Part shown: piece by piece, positions 26,155 through 35,758 of the stretch
Numbering within the stretch: the stretch's first letter is position 1
Layout of the letters: every line of letters starts with the position of its first letter
Sequence record: OL739525.1
Direction: 5' to 3' (one strand)
Length of the DNA stretch: 64,000 bases
Source: Escherichia phage dw-ec
Translations under genes and position numbers: made by a program
Notes under the pieces: model-generated
The model's input: the letters and a program-made list of their open reading frames with translations, nothing else
The model's database searches: none
Told to the model about the DNA's origin: nothing

Positions 26155-26897
26155 TAATCCTCCTCAAGAGTTGAATAAAATTGAAGACCACCGTCCATAT
26201 CGAAATAAGCAAATGTTAAGTTATTATTGAACACAGATCCAGTATCCATATAAACACGATTCGCATTGATAATAGGTGTTTTTACATAAGAGTGTCCATG
26301 AAACACATAATCCACACCCATCACAACAGGAAGTTTCATTCCCTCTTTAGCACAGTCTACCATATCTCTGTCCCACATAAGTGCTTCAGCAAAACGGTTT
26401 TCCTGTGTTTTTGTCATCTTCGAAATGTATTCTGGAATATCTGTTACAGGGAGATATTCCAAAGAAGATGGATACCCACCATGAATAAACGCAAGTTTCA
26501 TGCCTCTGTAGTTAACAATGAGAACAACAGGTAAATCTTCTGTCATCATTGCTAAGGCTGTAGCTCCTTCTTCACCACATTCTTCAAAGACCGTATATCC
26601 TCCGTTTTGATACCAACACTCGTAGTAGCTACGATCTCCTTCCAGCATACCTTTAATCATCATGTCTTCATGATTGCCACGAATAGCGTAGCGATTGTGT
26701 TTACGAGTAAATTCTAAAACACAACGAAAGTTTTGCTTTCCACGGTCAGTAAGATCTCCTAGAGATACAACCACATCTGTATCTCGGATACCTAACTTTG
26801 CCTTTCCTTTTTCATACAAATTATAACAACCGTGTAGATCTCCAATTATAAAAAGATCTTGATCGTTTTTAACAGTAATTTCTTTGTGTATGATCAC
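26154..26897 (-). CDS. Ser/Thr protein phosphatase (metallophosphoesterase, lambda-PPase type)
   Basis: GDLHG, GDLTDRG, GNHE metallophosphatase motifs in order. Confidence 0.7.
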   Translation of the reverse strand: MIIHKEITVKNDQDLFIIGDLHGCYNLYEKGKAKLGIRDTDVVVSLGDLTDRGKQNFRCVLEFTRKHNRYAIRGNHEDMMIKGMLEGDRSYYECWYQNGGYTVFEECGEEGATALAMMTEDLPVVLIVNYRGMKLAFIHGGYPSSLEYLPVTDIPEYISKMTKTQENRFAEALMWDRDMVDCAKEGMKLPVVMGVDYVFHGHSYVKTPIINANRVYMDTGSVFNNNLTFAYFDMDGGLQFYSTLEED

Positions 26898-27223
26898 TTA
26901 TCCTCCTCAAAATCTAAGAAAATAAAAATATTCACCTTTCCTTCAATCTCTTGTTCTAAAACAAGATCGGCAAATTCTGCATAAGCTTTCTCTTCAACTT
27001 TTTCAATATGTTCTGCGGCATCTTTAAAAGGCGTATCCCCATCCACCTTTACTAATAAGAAAAGAGATCGCATTTCGACGTTTTTACTGTTACGAGGAAG
27101 GAAATCTACAGCTTCAACAATTCTCCAACCCAAATAGCCAGGGGTTTTATGAATCTCCCCTAAATACTTTTCTAAGATTTTACGACCCTCGTCGATAAGG
27201 GCTTGTTCTGTAGTAATTTCCAT
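26894..27223 (-). CDS. hypothetical protein
   Basis: ORF, 109 aa. Confidence 0.45.
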   Translation of the reverse strand: MEITTEQALIDEGRKILEKYLGEIHKTPGYLGWRIVEAVDFLPRNSKNVEMRSLFLLVKVDGDTPFKDAAEHIEKVEEKAYAEFADLVLEQEIEGKVNIFIFLDFEEDK

Positions 27224-27233
27224 TCCTTCCTCC

Positions 27234-27824
27234 TCAAATTATTAACGAAACTGCATGACTAAATCTTGGTTCAGATATAACCTCTGCTACAGTCACATAT
27301 GTATCGTGCAGCCAAAAAGATTCTACTCTACAAACACAAATACCGTTGATAATGAAATCTACACAGGCTTTATTATTTTCGCACACTTGTTGACTATAAA
27401 CAACCCCTAAAGAGTCATAAAGTGATCTCACTGTTGCTACCATTTCATCTGTTTCGTCTTCCTGTGAAACAAAGAAAACGAATACAGACAAGTTATTAGC
27501 GAAAGTATTGCTATTCTCTACTTCAACCGACTTACAAGGTAAAAAGGAGTAATATTTACCGTTAGGTATCAATTTCGCCTCAACCTGGTTAAGTATGCTT
27601 TGAGATGGTTTTGTTACATAAAAAAGATTTTCTGTTGGGTTTTCAACATTACTCCTTACTATGCAACGAGTGGGGTTCGAAGGATCAAAAACATGATCGA
27701 AATCGACACACACAGGTAAGTTAACAACTTTAAACTTTTTGCTAAGAATGCTTACTGCTGTAAAAATCAAACCAGCATTTATTTTGCCAGTGAAAGTTGA
27801 ACGCATAACTACTCCTCGGATCAT
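27234..27824 (-). CDS. hypothetical protein
   Basis: ORF, 196 aa. Confidence 0.45.
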   Translation of the reverse strand: MIRGVVMRSTFTGKINAGLIFTAVSILSKKFKVVNLPVCVDFDHVFDPSNPTRCIVRSNVENPTENLFYVTKPSQSILNQVEAKLIPNGKYYSFLPCKSVEVENSNTFANNLSVFVFFVSQEDETDEMVATVRSLYDSLGVVYSQQVCENNKACVDFIINGICVCRVESFWLHDTYVTVAEVISEPRFSHAVSLII

Positions 27825-28015
27825 TCTACCAAAGAGAATTCCGCCTCTTCCAGGTAGATTACAGACCTTGTTGCATGATATTTAACGCTCCAGAAATTAC
27901 CTTCGCGCCGTAAAAGTATCTCATTCACATCAAGATTGCTTAGAAAAACCATATAACTTAAAGCTTGTTGACGCGTTGAGAATTGTTTCTCTAAAAGTTC
28001 TTCTCCGCTCTGCAT
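27821..28015 (-). CDS. hypothetical protein
   Basis: ORF, 64 aa. Confidence 0.35.
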   Translation of the reverse strand: MQSGEELLEKQFSTRQQALSYMVFLSNLDVNEILLRREGNFWSVKYHATRSVIYLEEAEFSLVE

Positions 28016-28060
28016 AATCCCTCCTTAAAATACTCCCTCCGAAAAGGGAGTATAAGTATA

Positions 28061-28264
28061 TCACGTAGTTGTTATGTTGTCTTCTTGGATACTAGAATCC
28101 ACTTCTGCAAACATATCTTCTGCACTGTAATTATTTCCAGTCCAGCGTGATAAAAGGATAGCACCAATCTCTTTTGCATGAGATTCGGACTCCGCATAAA
28201 CGTTAGTCCCAGTGTCACCTTTTTTCTTTTCATGTGCATAAATGCAGTAATAATTGTAAGCCAT
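28061..28264 (-). CDS. hypothetical protein
   Basis: ORF, 67 aa. Confidence 0.35.
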   Translation of the reverse strand: MAYNYYCIYAHEKKKGDTGTNVYAESESHAKEIGAILLSRWTGNNYSAEDMFAEVDSSIQEDNITTT

Positions 28265-28500
28265 TAATCTTCCCAGTCATTGCCCTCGGTAGAGTGAACT
28301 AAAGCTCGCACGATACCACCGTAATCTACTGCCTGATTTGCAGCATGTTCGGCATAAACTTCAATGGCTTTTTTGAAGAAAAGAGCAGTAGCTGCTTCAA
28401 TATTATCCATTTCGCCATCTACGTCAGTAGAAAGTGAAAGGTTGAGGCTTTCATCTACTTCATCAAAATCAATAGCCACTGTCATAATTAGTTTACCCAT
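28264..28500 (-). CDS. hypothetical acidic protein
   Basis: ORF, 78 aa. Confidence 0.4.
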   Translation of the reverse strand: MGKLIMTVAIDFDEVDESLNLSLSTDVDGEMDNIEAATALFFKKAIEVYAEHAANQAVDYGGIVRALVHSTEGNDWED

Positions 28501-28512
28501 AGTTCACACTCC

Positions 28513-29022
28513 TTAAACAAAATAAAATGGTTGAGAGAGGCCCAAACGATTCTTTGGGTCGTATACATACCAAGCGTATGCTGTCTTATCTGTTCCACCT
28601 GCAACAAACGAAGGCCGTTCTGAAAGGACTATAAGGTTTGTTGGTGGATTCTTTTGATGGAACTCTCGTCGTTTCTTTGACTCCAAGAAGCCCAACCGAA
28701 GAAGATAAATACAAACATCCGCCTCTTTTAAGCTCTTTTCCAAGAACTCCATTGCTAACTTAAATGGAGGGTTTGTAATTATAATGTCGGGACGATTTTC
28801 CCATTCATGACTAAAATAATCTTTACCTTCTTCAAGTTCGCAATATTCTGAACCTTCAGGAAAATGGCGATAAATCGCTTCAGCTTCACCTCTGCAAGGT
28901 TCTGCAAAAACCCAACCTTCTTCCTTTAGATTTTTGAAATCTATAACACTAAACAAACTATTGATTGCTTTTTGCGGTGTCGGATAATAATCGCTCGTTG
29001 GGCGATCATAATCTAATGCCAT
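28513..29022 (-). CDS. DNA N6-adenine methyltransferase-like protein (small phage Dam-type)
   Basis: YYPTP N-terminal motif and catalytic IIITNPPF (NPPF). Confidence 0.55.
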   Translation of the reverse strand: MALDYDRPTSDYYPTPQKAINSLFSVIDFKNLKEEGWVFAEPCRGEAEAIYRHFPEGSEYCELEEGKDYFSHEWENRPDIIITNPPFKLAMEFLEKSLKEADVCIYLLRLGFLESKKRREFHQKNPPTNLIVLSERPSFVAGGTDKTAYAWYVYDPKNRLGLSQPFYFV

Positions 29023-29440
29023 CTAAAATCTCCTCTTTTGTAATATTATCCAACTCTTTAAAAGATGAAATCTCGTTTAATAATCCTATTTGATCAGCCT
29101 CTAGAGGATAAGTGTTTTTATCTGTTTTTCTAGACAGAATATCTTCAACAAACTTATCAATAGCCAAAGAAGAATCATAAAATTTTAAAAGTTGGTAATC
29201 CATAGGAGATATTTTATCATCTCTTAGAAATATTTCTAACATGTTTTCAGGAGTATCGTGGTTTAGTTTATGTTCACCAAAAATATTAACTTCGTAAACA
29301 TCTTTGCCAAACCAACGTTTTTTCTTTTCAACAGTATAGGTTTTTGCCACCAGACCATCTAAACAGTTTCTTGCTCTCTTACATGTTTGACGGTAAGAGT
29401 GGATAGCGCCTTCAACAAACTTAGCAGGAACTTGTAACAT
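29006..29440 (-). CDS. hypothetical protein
   Basis: ORF, 144 aa. Confidence 0.45.
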   Translation of the reverse strand: MLQVPAKFVEGAIHSYRQTCKRARNCLDGLVAKTYTVEKKKRWFGKDVYEVNIFGEHKLNHDTPENMLEIFLRDDKISPMDYQLLKFYDSSLAIDKFVEDILSRKTDKNTYPLEADQIGLLNEISSFKELDNITKEEILDGIRL

Positions 29441-29454
29441 TATTAATCTCCTAT

Positions 29455-29477
29455 GTTTAAGAAATGCCCCCGAAGGG
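29455..29477 (-). terminator. intrinsic terminator (minus strand)
   Basis: hairpin gcccc-ttcg-ggggc followed on the minus strand by a T-rich run. Confidence 0.5.
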
Positions 29478-29485
29478 GCAGTTTG

Positions 29486-30178
29486 TTAAATAGCGGTTTC
29501 TTCGAAATCCGCCACATTTACGAGATTAATATTTTCAGATTTAGAAGTCAAGTTGTTTTCTGCAACAGATTTTTCTTCAGTATCCGCCTCGTTACCTGCC
29601 ACGTTACGAGGTTCTTCTTCACCGTAGGGATTACCGAATTTCAAAAGATTGATTAATTCTTCTTTGGAGAAGTTTTCTAAATCATCATCTGTTAATTCAA
29701 TAATCTCATCTTGTTCTTCAATAAATGTTTCACCACCAGAAAAAGCATCTCGCTTTTTAGCTACTTCCATAGCCTGTTCTGGTGTTGCTCCTGCATCAAG
29801 AGCAGCTAAAGCAAAGTCTGACCCGCTTCCTACCGCATAATATTCTTCATCAATCGGATATGCACGTGTTGGGTTGTTACCTTCGTGCAGGAAAATACGT
29901 CCATCTGGATGAACAACAAGTGCAATAAACTCTTCATCTTCTTTATCTGGATCAGAGTGAATCATCAAACCAGGGACAGCATCACGTGCTGCTTCGCACT
30001 GTAGATTTTGTTCAAACCATTGAAAGAAAGAAAGCACGGAGGTCAGACGACCAGCACCGCCTACAAGGTAATCTCCAATTTTTCGGACCTTTTTGAAATT
30101 AATAGAATCTACACGTCCACCAAAAGTTACCTTACCGTCACTCAAAATCTTATTTTTGGTCGCAATAATTGTCGTCAC
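29486..30178 (-). CDS. HslV-like Ntn-hydrolase peptidase with acidic C-terminal extension
   Basis: N-terminus MTTIIATK (Thr nucleophile after Met), GSGSDFALAAL resembles the HslV GSGG motif; about 60-aa acidic tail. Confidence 0.55.
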   Translation of the reverse strand: MTTIIATKNKILSDGKVTFGGRVDSINFKKVRKIGDYLVGGAGRLTSVLSFFQWFEQNLQCEAARDAVPGLMIHSDPDKEDEEFIALVVHPDGRIFLHEGNNPTRAYPIDEEYYAVGSGSDFALAALDAGATPEQAMEVAKKRDAFSGGETFIEEQDEIIELTDDDLENFSKEELINLLKFGNPYGEEEPRNVAGNEADTEEKSVAENNLTSKSENINLVNVADFEETAI

Positions 30179-30681
30179 TATTCTTCCTCCTCTGTTAATG
30201 TTTTAAGAACCGCTTTCCCGCCATTCACATATTTGCAGATGTATTCTATCGCACGTAGTGTCTCTTTGTCAACAAAAATTTGATCAGACGTTGCGAGCGG
30301 GTTATTAAGAAGATCACTGCAATCACGAACAAGCAGTGCTTTCTTATTAAACAAATTACTTAAGAACAGTAACTTCGCCTCTTCTTCTGTTATGTGCAGA
30401 AGGCTAGGATCGGAGCCAGCTATTCCTATTATACAATCAAACAAGCTTTCTTTACTATCAGAAAGTTCTTGAAAATGGTTTAAAAGCCAATCTTCTCCTA
30501 GACACCAACATTTAAACATTTCCAGTTTATCTCGGAGGGTCATATTCTCTAAAGTAAGAGCAATCTCTTTTTCAATATGGTTTACACAAATTTGACGAAA
30601 TTCGTTAGGTTTTACGAGTCCCGTTTGATAGCACTCATCTATACCGCTTCTTCCGATAGCTATTGTTGCTACACCCATCAA
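30178..30681 (-). CDS. hypothetical protein
   Basis: ORF, 167 aa. Confidence 0.45.
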   Translation of the reverse strand: MMGVATIAIGRSGIDECYQTGLVKPNEFRQICVNHIEKEIALTLENMTLRDKLEMFKCWCLGEDWLLNHFQELSDSKESLFDCIIGIAGSDPSLLHITEEEAKLLFLSNLFNKKALLVRDCSDLLNNPLATSDQIFVDKETLRAIEYICKYVNGGKAVLKTLTEEEE

Positions 30682-30713
30682 TCCTCCTTATAAATGGCTT
30701 CCCTGCCACATTA

Positions 30714-31472
30714 TTAAATAAACACTTCAGTAATCAGTTTAGACAAACGTCCACGTTTATTATCGTCCGTTGTCAGTTCAACATATCCAATAAAATCTAC
30801 AATTGGCTCACGAACACCCTCTTCGTTCTCTGGATATAAAAGTTCCAAAATTTGATGCAGACCATTGCTACGTTTTTTAATTGCATATGTCTGGCGAACA
30901 TCGCCTAATACAATAACATGCGTATTAATACCTGCACGTTCAATAAGAAGTTTAAGTGTTTCTGTTGACATAAGTTGTGCTTCGTCAATAATGACGATTG
31001 TATTATCCAGGGTAGCCCCCAACAAATAGTTAGGAATATTCAATTCGATCTTACCTGATCCAATATCGTTTTCCAATTTGTTGGCTGTCATGAATTGCTG
31101 GAAAATACGTTTTGTAGATTCATAGTGTGCTGCTAGTTTATCTGTTTTATCCCCAGACAAGAAACCAATCTGGTCATCTCCGACTTCAGTAGGGTTCTTG
31201 ATAAAAAGTAGTTTACGGAAGTCTCCTGAACGAAGCATCTGCAAAGCTTTCCATAAAGCAACAGAGGTTTTACCAGTCCCTGCCGGAGCATTTACAACAG
31301 TCAGATCATTCCAAATCATGCTTTGAACAATCTTATTTTGGTCCCCTTCAGGCATAAATTCATCTAAACGGTAATCGTCATTACCTACCGCTTTTGCTGC
31401 ATAACGGCTTTCAATCTTTGCTGAATTAGCCAGTTTCTGCCGTTGTGTTTTAGCTGCGGTTTTATTTCCCAT
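30714..31472 (-). CDS. phoH: PhoH-like ATPase
   Basis: Walker A APAGTGKTS, IIDEAQ, VLGDVRQ motifs; start set at ATG 31472 (RBS aaaaggag) downstream of the lysozyme stop. Confidence 0.75.
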   Translation of the reverse strand: MGNKTAAKTQRQKLANSAKIESRYAAKAVGNDDYRLDEFMPEGDQNKIVQSMIWNDLTVVNAPAGTGKTSVALWKALQMLRSGDFRKLLFIKNPTEVGDDQIGFLSGDKTDKLAAHYESTKRIFQQFMTANKLENDIGSGKIELNIPNYLLGATLDNTIVIIDEAQLMSTETLKLLIERAGINTHVIVLGDVRQTYAIKKRSNGLHQILELLYPENEEGVREPIVDFIGYVELTTDDNKRGRLSKLITEVFI

Positions 31473-31509
31473 AGTAGCACTCCTTTTAGAAGGGGCCGAA
31501 GCCCCTTTA

Positions 31510-32010
31510 TTAGTTGTAAGCATCTAAAGTTCCAGAAGTCAGAACTTTAATTACTCGTTCAGCACGGTTTGGCGTCTGGCTATACCATCGGCTTTTACGC
31601 ATGTTTTTACCTGCTTGAGTATAATATGCATTGCTGATTAAAGTCAAGCTATTTTGAAACCCTTCAGCACCTTTTAACCCCAACTGGAAAACCATGTTGA
31701 TTATTCCCAATTTACGAGTATCACTAACCTTATCATAGATTGGTGATAAGATAGTACTGTTTTTTATGTCTCTCTTCACTTTTGCAACATCGTCAGCAAA
31801 GATTTGACGGGCTTCTTTTTCTGTGATAACTCCATTAGTCTTACGACCAAGAAGATTATCTAAGATTTGAATAGCCTTTGCTTTATCTTTTATTTTAGTC
31901 AGAAGGTGTCCTATGCCGACTGTCCAATAACCAAGATGGTCTTGATAAACAGTAAGCTTCAGTCCTTCATCGACTCGTAGCATATCAAACTCATCTACTA
32001 CTTTAGCCAT
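31510..32010 (-). CDS. T4-type lysozyme (endolysin, glycoside hydrolase family 24)
   Basis: N-terminal FDMLRVDEGLKLTVYQDHLGYWTVGIGHLL closely matches the T4 lysozyme catalytic region. Confidence 0.85.
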   Translation of the reverse strand: MAKVVDEFDMLRVDEGLKLTVYQDHLGYWTVGIGHLLTKIKDKAKAIQILDNLLGRKTNGVITEKEARQIFADDVAKVKRDIKNSTILSPIYDKVSDTRKLGIINMVFQLGLKGAEGFQNSLTLISNAYYTQAGKNMRKSRWYSQTPNRAERVIKVLTSGTLDAYN

Positions 32011-32172
32011 TTACTTCCTATTCGTCGTCTCCTACTCCGTGATCCAACTCGTTAAACAACAGATGTTCTGGAGAAGTTTCACGTTTTGGTTTCGTTTTCT
32101 TTATGTTGGACTTCAGCTCATTTGCCAAAGCACGAGAAAAGATCTTACGTTTCTGTTTACTTTTCATAATTG

Positions 32173-32433
32173 TTACTCCGCAATTTGAGCCATGAGATCA
32201 CGCAGTTCGGTAAAACCGCCTACGTATGTTACCTCCCCGTTCACTTCAGACAGAATTTGTGGAAATGTGCGTGGAGGAACTCCGGTAAGATCAACAACTG
32301 TTTTAGTCATTGATTCTAAATCATAGTCTTGATCAAGACTTAAATATTCAAACTGTTTATTGCGCATGGTTAATAGTTGTTTTGACATTTCGCAAAATTG
32401 ACAGTTAGGTTTACCAAAAATTACAAATTCCAT
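32173..32433 (-). CDS. glutaredoxin-like protein
   Basis: N-terminal beta strand plus CQFC redox motif; adjacent to RNR genes. Confidence 0.65.
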   Translation of the reverse strand: MEFVIFGKPNCQFCEMSKQLLTMRNKQFEYLSLDQDYDLESMTKTVVDLTGVPPRTFPQILSEVNGEVTYVGGFTELRDLMAQIAE

Positions 32434-33275
32434 TACCTCTCCTTATTAAGTAATACTGCTAAAGACTGTTCAATACCTTTATTTAAATCTGATTTTGTAA
32501 GATAGTGACTGGTTACTAGTTGTGACTTCACCGGACGTGCTGCTGGAGCATTATAGGTTGAAGCTGATACCGCCGATATCTTAACAGGTTCTGGCATCTG
32601 TGTCAAGATCTTTTCCGCAAACTCCGCCCAAGAAATAAAATGGCTTCCTGCAAAATGGTAAGTCTTAACAGACCTTGACCAACCTGTTTTTAATACTTCA
32701 AAAATAGCTTCTGCTAAATCTGGAGCATATGTTGGGCAAGAGAACTGATCAGCAACAACAATAAAATCACGTTGTCCATCATTATAGCGAGACAACATGG
32801 TTTTTAGAAAGTTATTTCCAAATTCGCTATATACCGAGGCTGTTCGAATAATATATGCATTTGGGTTAACTCCTCGCACCATTTTTTCACCAAGTTCTTT
32901 CGTATACCCATAATTGTTTATTGGGTTAGGTGTAGTATCTTCAAAAATAGGATGAGAATAATTAAAAATATAATCTGTAGAAATATGCACAAAATCAATT
33001 TTAAGTTTGCTGCACACTGCCGCAATATTTGCAGGTCCATATGCATTAACAGCCAAAGCAGTAGCAAAATCATGTTCTGCTTTATCTACAGCCGTATAAG
33101 CAGCGCAGTTAATAACACCGTCTACATAATCTTCAACAATAGCGTTTCGCACAGCTTCAAAATTTGTAATATCTACACGTTCTTTAGGATAAATTAAAGA
33201 TACATTTGAAGGAACCACTTTACGTAAAGCTTGTCCCAGTTGTCCATTACCACCCAATACCAGATATATTAGCAT
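32433..33275 (-). CDS. dTDP-4-dehydrorhamnose reductase-like (RmlD family, SDR fold)
   Basis: N-terminal LVLGGNGQLG nucleotide-binding motif, AAYTAVDKAE, STDYIF motifs typical of RmlD. Confidence 0.6.
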   Translation of the reverse strand: MLIYLVLGGNGQLGQALRKVVPSNVSLIYPKERVDITNFEAVRNAIVEDYVDGVINCAAYTAVDKAEHDFATALAVNAYGPANIAAVCSKLKIDFVHISTDYIFNYSHPIFEDTTPNPINNYGYTKELGEKMVRGVNPNAYIIRTASVYSEFGNNFLKTMLSRYNDGQRDFIVVADQFSCPTYAPDLAEAIFEVLKTGWSRSVKTYHFAGSHFISWAEFAEKILTQMPEPVKISAVSASTYNAPAARPVKSQLVTSHYLTKSDLNKGIEQSLAVLLNKER

Positions 33276-33835
33276 ACACCCTCACTACGCAACTGTTGAA
33301 AAGATTTAGCCATTGCATCTTTTGTTGATAAGATAGGTTTAAAATCTTCATCAAAAATCATATCAAAGCCCCAATCGATCCCTATATCAGGATCATCCCA
33401 ACGTAAACTTTGTTCGCTAGAAGGGTCGTATGGAGTTGTGCATTTGTATTCAAAGATAGCATCCATACTCAAAACTATAAAACCATGTGCCAAACCAGGT
33501 GGAAGCCAAAATTGCGTATGGTGTCGTGCACGAAGAACAACACCGTCCCAAGCACCGTAAGTTGGACTATCTTTACGTAAATCTACAGCGAAATCCAATA
33601 CTTCTCCACTTACACAACGAACAAGCTTACCTTGCGGGTTGTTTGTTTGGAAGTGCATTCCTCGCAAAACACCGAAGTTTGATTTAGACATGTTATCTTG
33701 AACGAAAGTTTGTCTACCAATAATATCTTCGTATTTTTGTTCATTGTATGTTTCTAAAAAGAAACCACGATCATCTTTATAAACGTCTGGTTTGATAATT
33801 ACCGCACCTTCAATTTTTGTTTTTTCTACTTTCAT
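33269..33835 (-). CDS. dTDP-4-dehydrorhamnose 3,5-epimerase-like (RmlC family, cupin)
   Basis: DDRGFFLETY, VQDNMSKS..GVLRGMHFQ, GKLVRCVSGEV.DFAVDLRK, GLAHGF motifs match RmlC. Confidence 0.7.
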   Translation of the reverse strand: MKVEKTKIEGAVIIKPDVYKDDRGFFLETYNEQKYEDIIGRQTFVQDNMSKSNFGVLRGMHFQTNNPQGKLVRCVSGEVLDFAVDLRKDSPTYGAWDGVVLRARHHTQFWLPPGLAHGFIVLSMDAIFEYKCTTPYDPSSEQSLRWDDPDIGIDWGFDMIFDEDFKPILSTKDAMAKSFQQLRSEGVC

Positions 33836-33844
33836 TTTCTCTCC

Positions 33845-34171
33845 TTACCAGACATGTTGAGAAATAATAGTTTCCGTTTTAATGTTATATTTTTCAAGTA
33901 GCTCTGCATAGGCTTCTTTTGCATTCTCATTTAATTGCTCAAGATCTACAGCTACGCTTCCTTCTCCGCCTTCTAAATAAATACCATATATGCAATAAGA
34001 CTCATCAGCATCGTAGAAAGGAGAGATGCGACTTAAGTCCAGACCTTCTTGTAAGAACCAGTTAAAATCTCCGTCAAATTCTTCTTCAATTCTAGGATCT
34101 TCTCCTACAGCCTCTTCCCACTTATTAAAAGGTGCACCCTGTAACATACGCCATTCGATATCAATACCCAT
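33845..34171 (-). CDS. hypothetical acidic protein
   Basis: ORF, 108 aa. Confidence 0.45.
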   Translation of the reverse strand: MGIDIEWRMLQGAPFNKWEEAVGEDPRIEEEFDGDFNWFLQEGLDLSRISPFYDADESYCIYGIYLEGGEGSVAVDLEQLNENAKEAYAELLEKYNIKTETIISQHVW

Positions 34172-34463
34172 TTTTCATCTCCTCCTCTTGAGCAGCTTTA
34201 ATAATTGCTTCATAAATATCGTAAGCAATGCCTCCACAACATCTAGCTTCGAAAGCTATTGCTTCTGCAATGTGGTCTGTTAGTTCTCGTGGAATTCGGA
34301 CATACTCTTTTTCACTCTCCATCTTCTACCTCCGACCCTGCTTTTTCAAATACTACTACTCGTCCTTCACCATGACAATTCAGGCAAGGAAATGTTACCA
34401 TAATTTCCACTTCCATCTGTCCAGTCCCACCACACACAGGACAAAAAATAAGTTTTTCAGCCA

Positions 34464-34673
34464 TTATTCCTCCTTAATTATTTCAAACTTGGCAACACCA
34501 TTTACAATAATATGACCACAAGACATAACTCCTAGCCAAGGATCGCCGTTTTTCTTCAGGCGTTTACCGAATACATCACAAAAACCATTCTTCATTTCGG
34601 AGGCTTCATAAGAAGCCCCTTTGTCAAAAACGTCTTTGAATGTGTCGATTATACCAACACATCTCAAAATCAT
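34464..34673 (-). CDS. hypothetical protein
   Basis: ORF, 69 aa, immediately downstream of nrdB. Confidence 0.4.
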   Translation of the reverse strand: MILRCVGIIDTFKDVFDKGASYEASEMKNGFCDVFGKRLKKNGDPWLGVMSCGHIIVNGVAKFEIIKEE

Positions 34674-35758
34674 TAGAAGTCAAGCTCCTCATCATCAGAG
34701 AGATCTTTGTTAGCTGAATTCAATTTGTAATTAGTTAACTGAATCTCTTGGGCTGCTGACTGAATCAAATCAGGATTCAACCATTTTTCCATCCAAGCTA
34801 AAGGACTATGTTTAGGTGCTTTAAACTTGGCTTTCATTTTCAATCGACGATAAATAGGAGCAGCATTGAAATAAACCCACTGTTTAGACAATTCGGCGTT
34901 AAGACCTACAATAAAACGACCTTCACTAAACAGGTAGTCACACCACTGTTCCTCTTGTTCAACAACAGTGTCGAGGATCAAAGTCAACTCTTCAATATTG
35001 TCTTCGTAAATTTTACGCCAAATTGGGTCATGCATCAATGCATCAATTACAGCATAATCCATCTTAACATGCAAGATTTCATCTAGCATAATTTTCTGGA
35101 TCAGCTTACAAGCCCCAACAAACAATTGTTGTTCTGCCATAGCAAAAGTAGCAGAGAAGGAAGATATAAACTGAATACCTTCTAATCCAATCAGGGCTAC
35201 CATCCCTTTAAGAATCAGCAATCGAAGTTCATCGTTAGCTTCAATCAATCCTAGAGCATACTTATGACCAGCTTCTTCCAACTGACCCATGATATCAGCA
35301 ATGATACCCATACGATTGAAAATTTTATCATTAATCATAATCTGATTGATGACTTCAATTGGATCTGGAGTACATTGACGAATTATTTCAGAATACGTTA
35401 ACGCATGGAGAACTTCCATTTCACTCTGCTTCATCATCATAGCACAGGCTTCATTGTTACTCAAGAATGGAGAGAACAAAGTGATGATTGATTTTGCAAG
35501 AGAATCATTTTCCCATTGGAACGATAAGTTTTTAATCATAACATCATAGTTGTTTTTAGAACAAGCTACGAAATCTTTACGTGTCTGATCCAAGTTAACT
35601 TCGTTTTCATCCCAATCTTGTGCTTTTTGAAGTTTGTAGAGTTTGTGCATTTCTGGATAAGTTACGTTAACAGAATCAAAGATCCCTAATTGCTCCCCCA
35701 AAAATACTGGATATTTTCCTGTTTTGTAAACTTCGTTGTGTAAATTAATTGCTGCCAT
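34673..35758 (-). CDS. nrdB: ribonucleotide reductase small subunit (class I beta)
   Basis: size 361 aa, E..H iron-ligand pairs (DEILH), adjacent to nrdA. Confidence 0.7.
   Translation of the reverse strand: MAAINLHNEVYKTGKYPVFLGEQLGIFDSVNVTYPEMHKLYKLQKAQDWDENEVNLDQTRKDFVACSKNNYDVMIKNLSFQWENDSLAKSIITLFSPFLSNNEACAMMMKQSEMEVLHALTYSEIIRQCTPDPIEVINQIMINDKIFNRMGIIADIMGQLEEAGHKYALGLIEANDELRLLILKGMVALIGLEGIQFISSFSATFAMAEQQLFVGACKLIQKIMLDEILHVKMDYAVIDALMHDPIWRKIYEDNIEELTLILDTVVEQEEQWCDYLFSEGRFIVGLNAELSKQWVYFNAAPIYRRLKMKAKFKAPKHSPLAWMEKWLNPDLIQSAAQEIQLTNYKLNSANKDLSDDEELDF

Noticed and set aside
31488-31507. Hairpin ggggccgaagcccc as a terminator between lysozyme and phoH
   Set aside because: On the minus strand it lacks a T-run and lies directly before the phoH RBS; more likely a coupling or attenuating structure, so not listed as a terminator.
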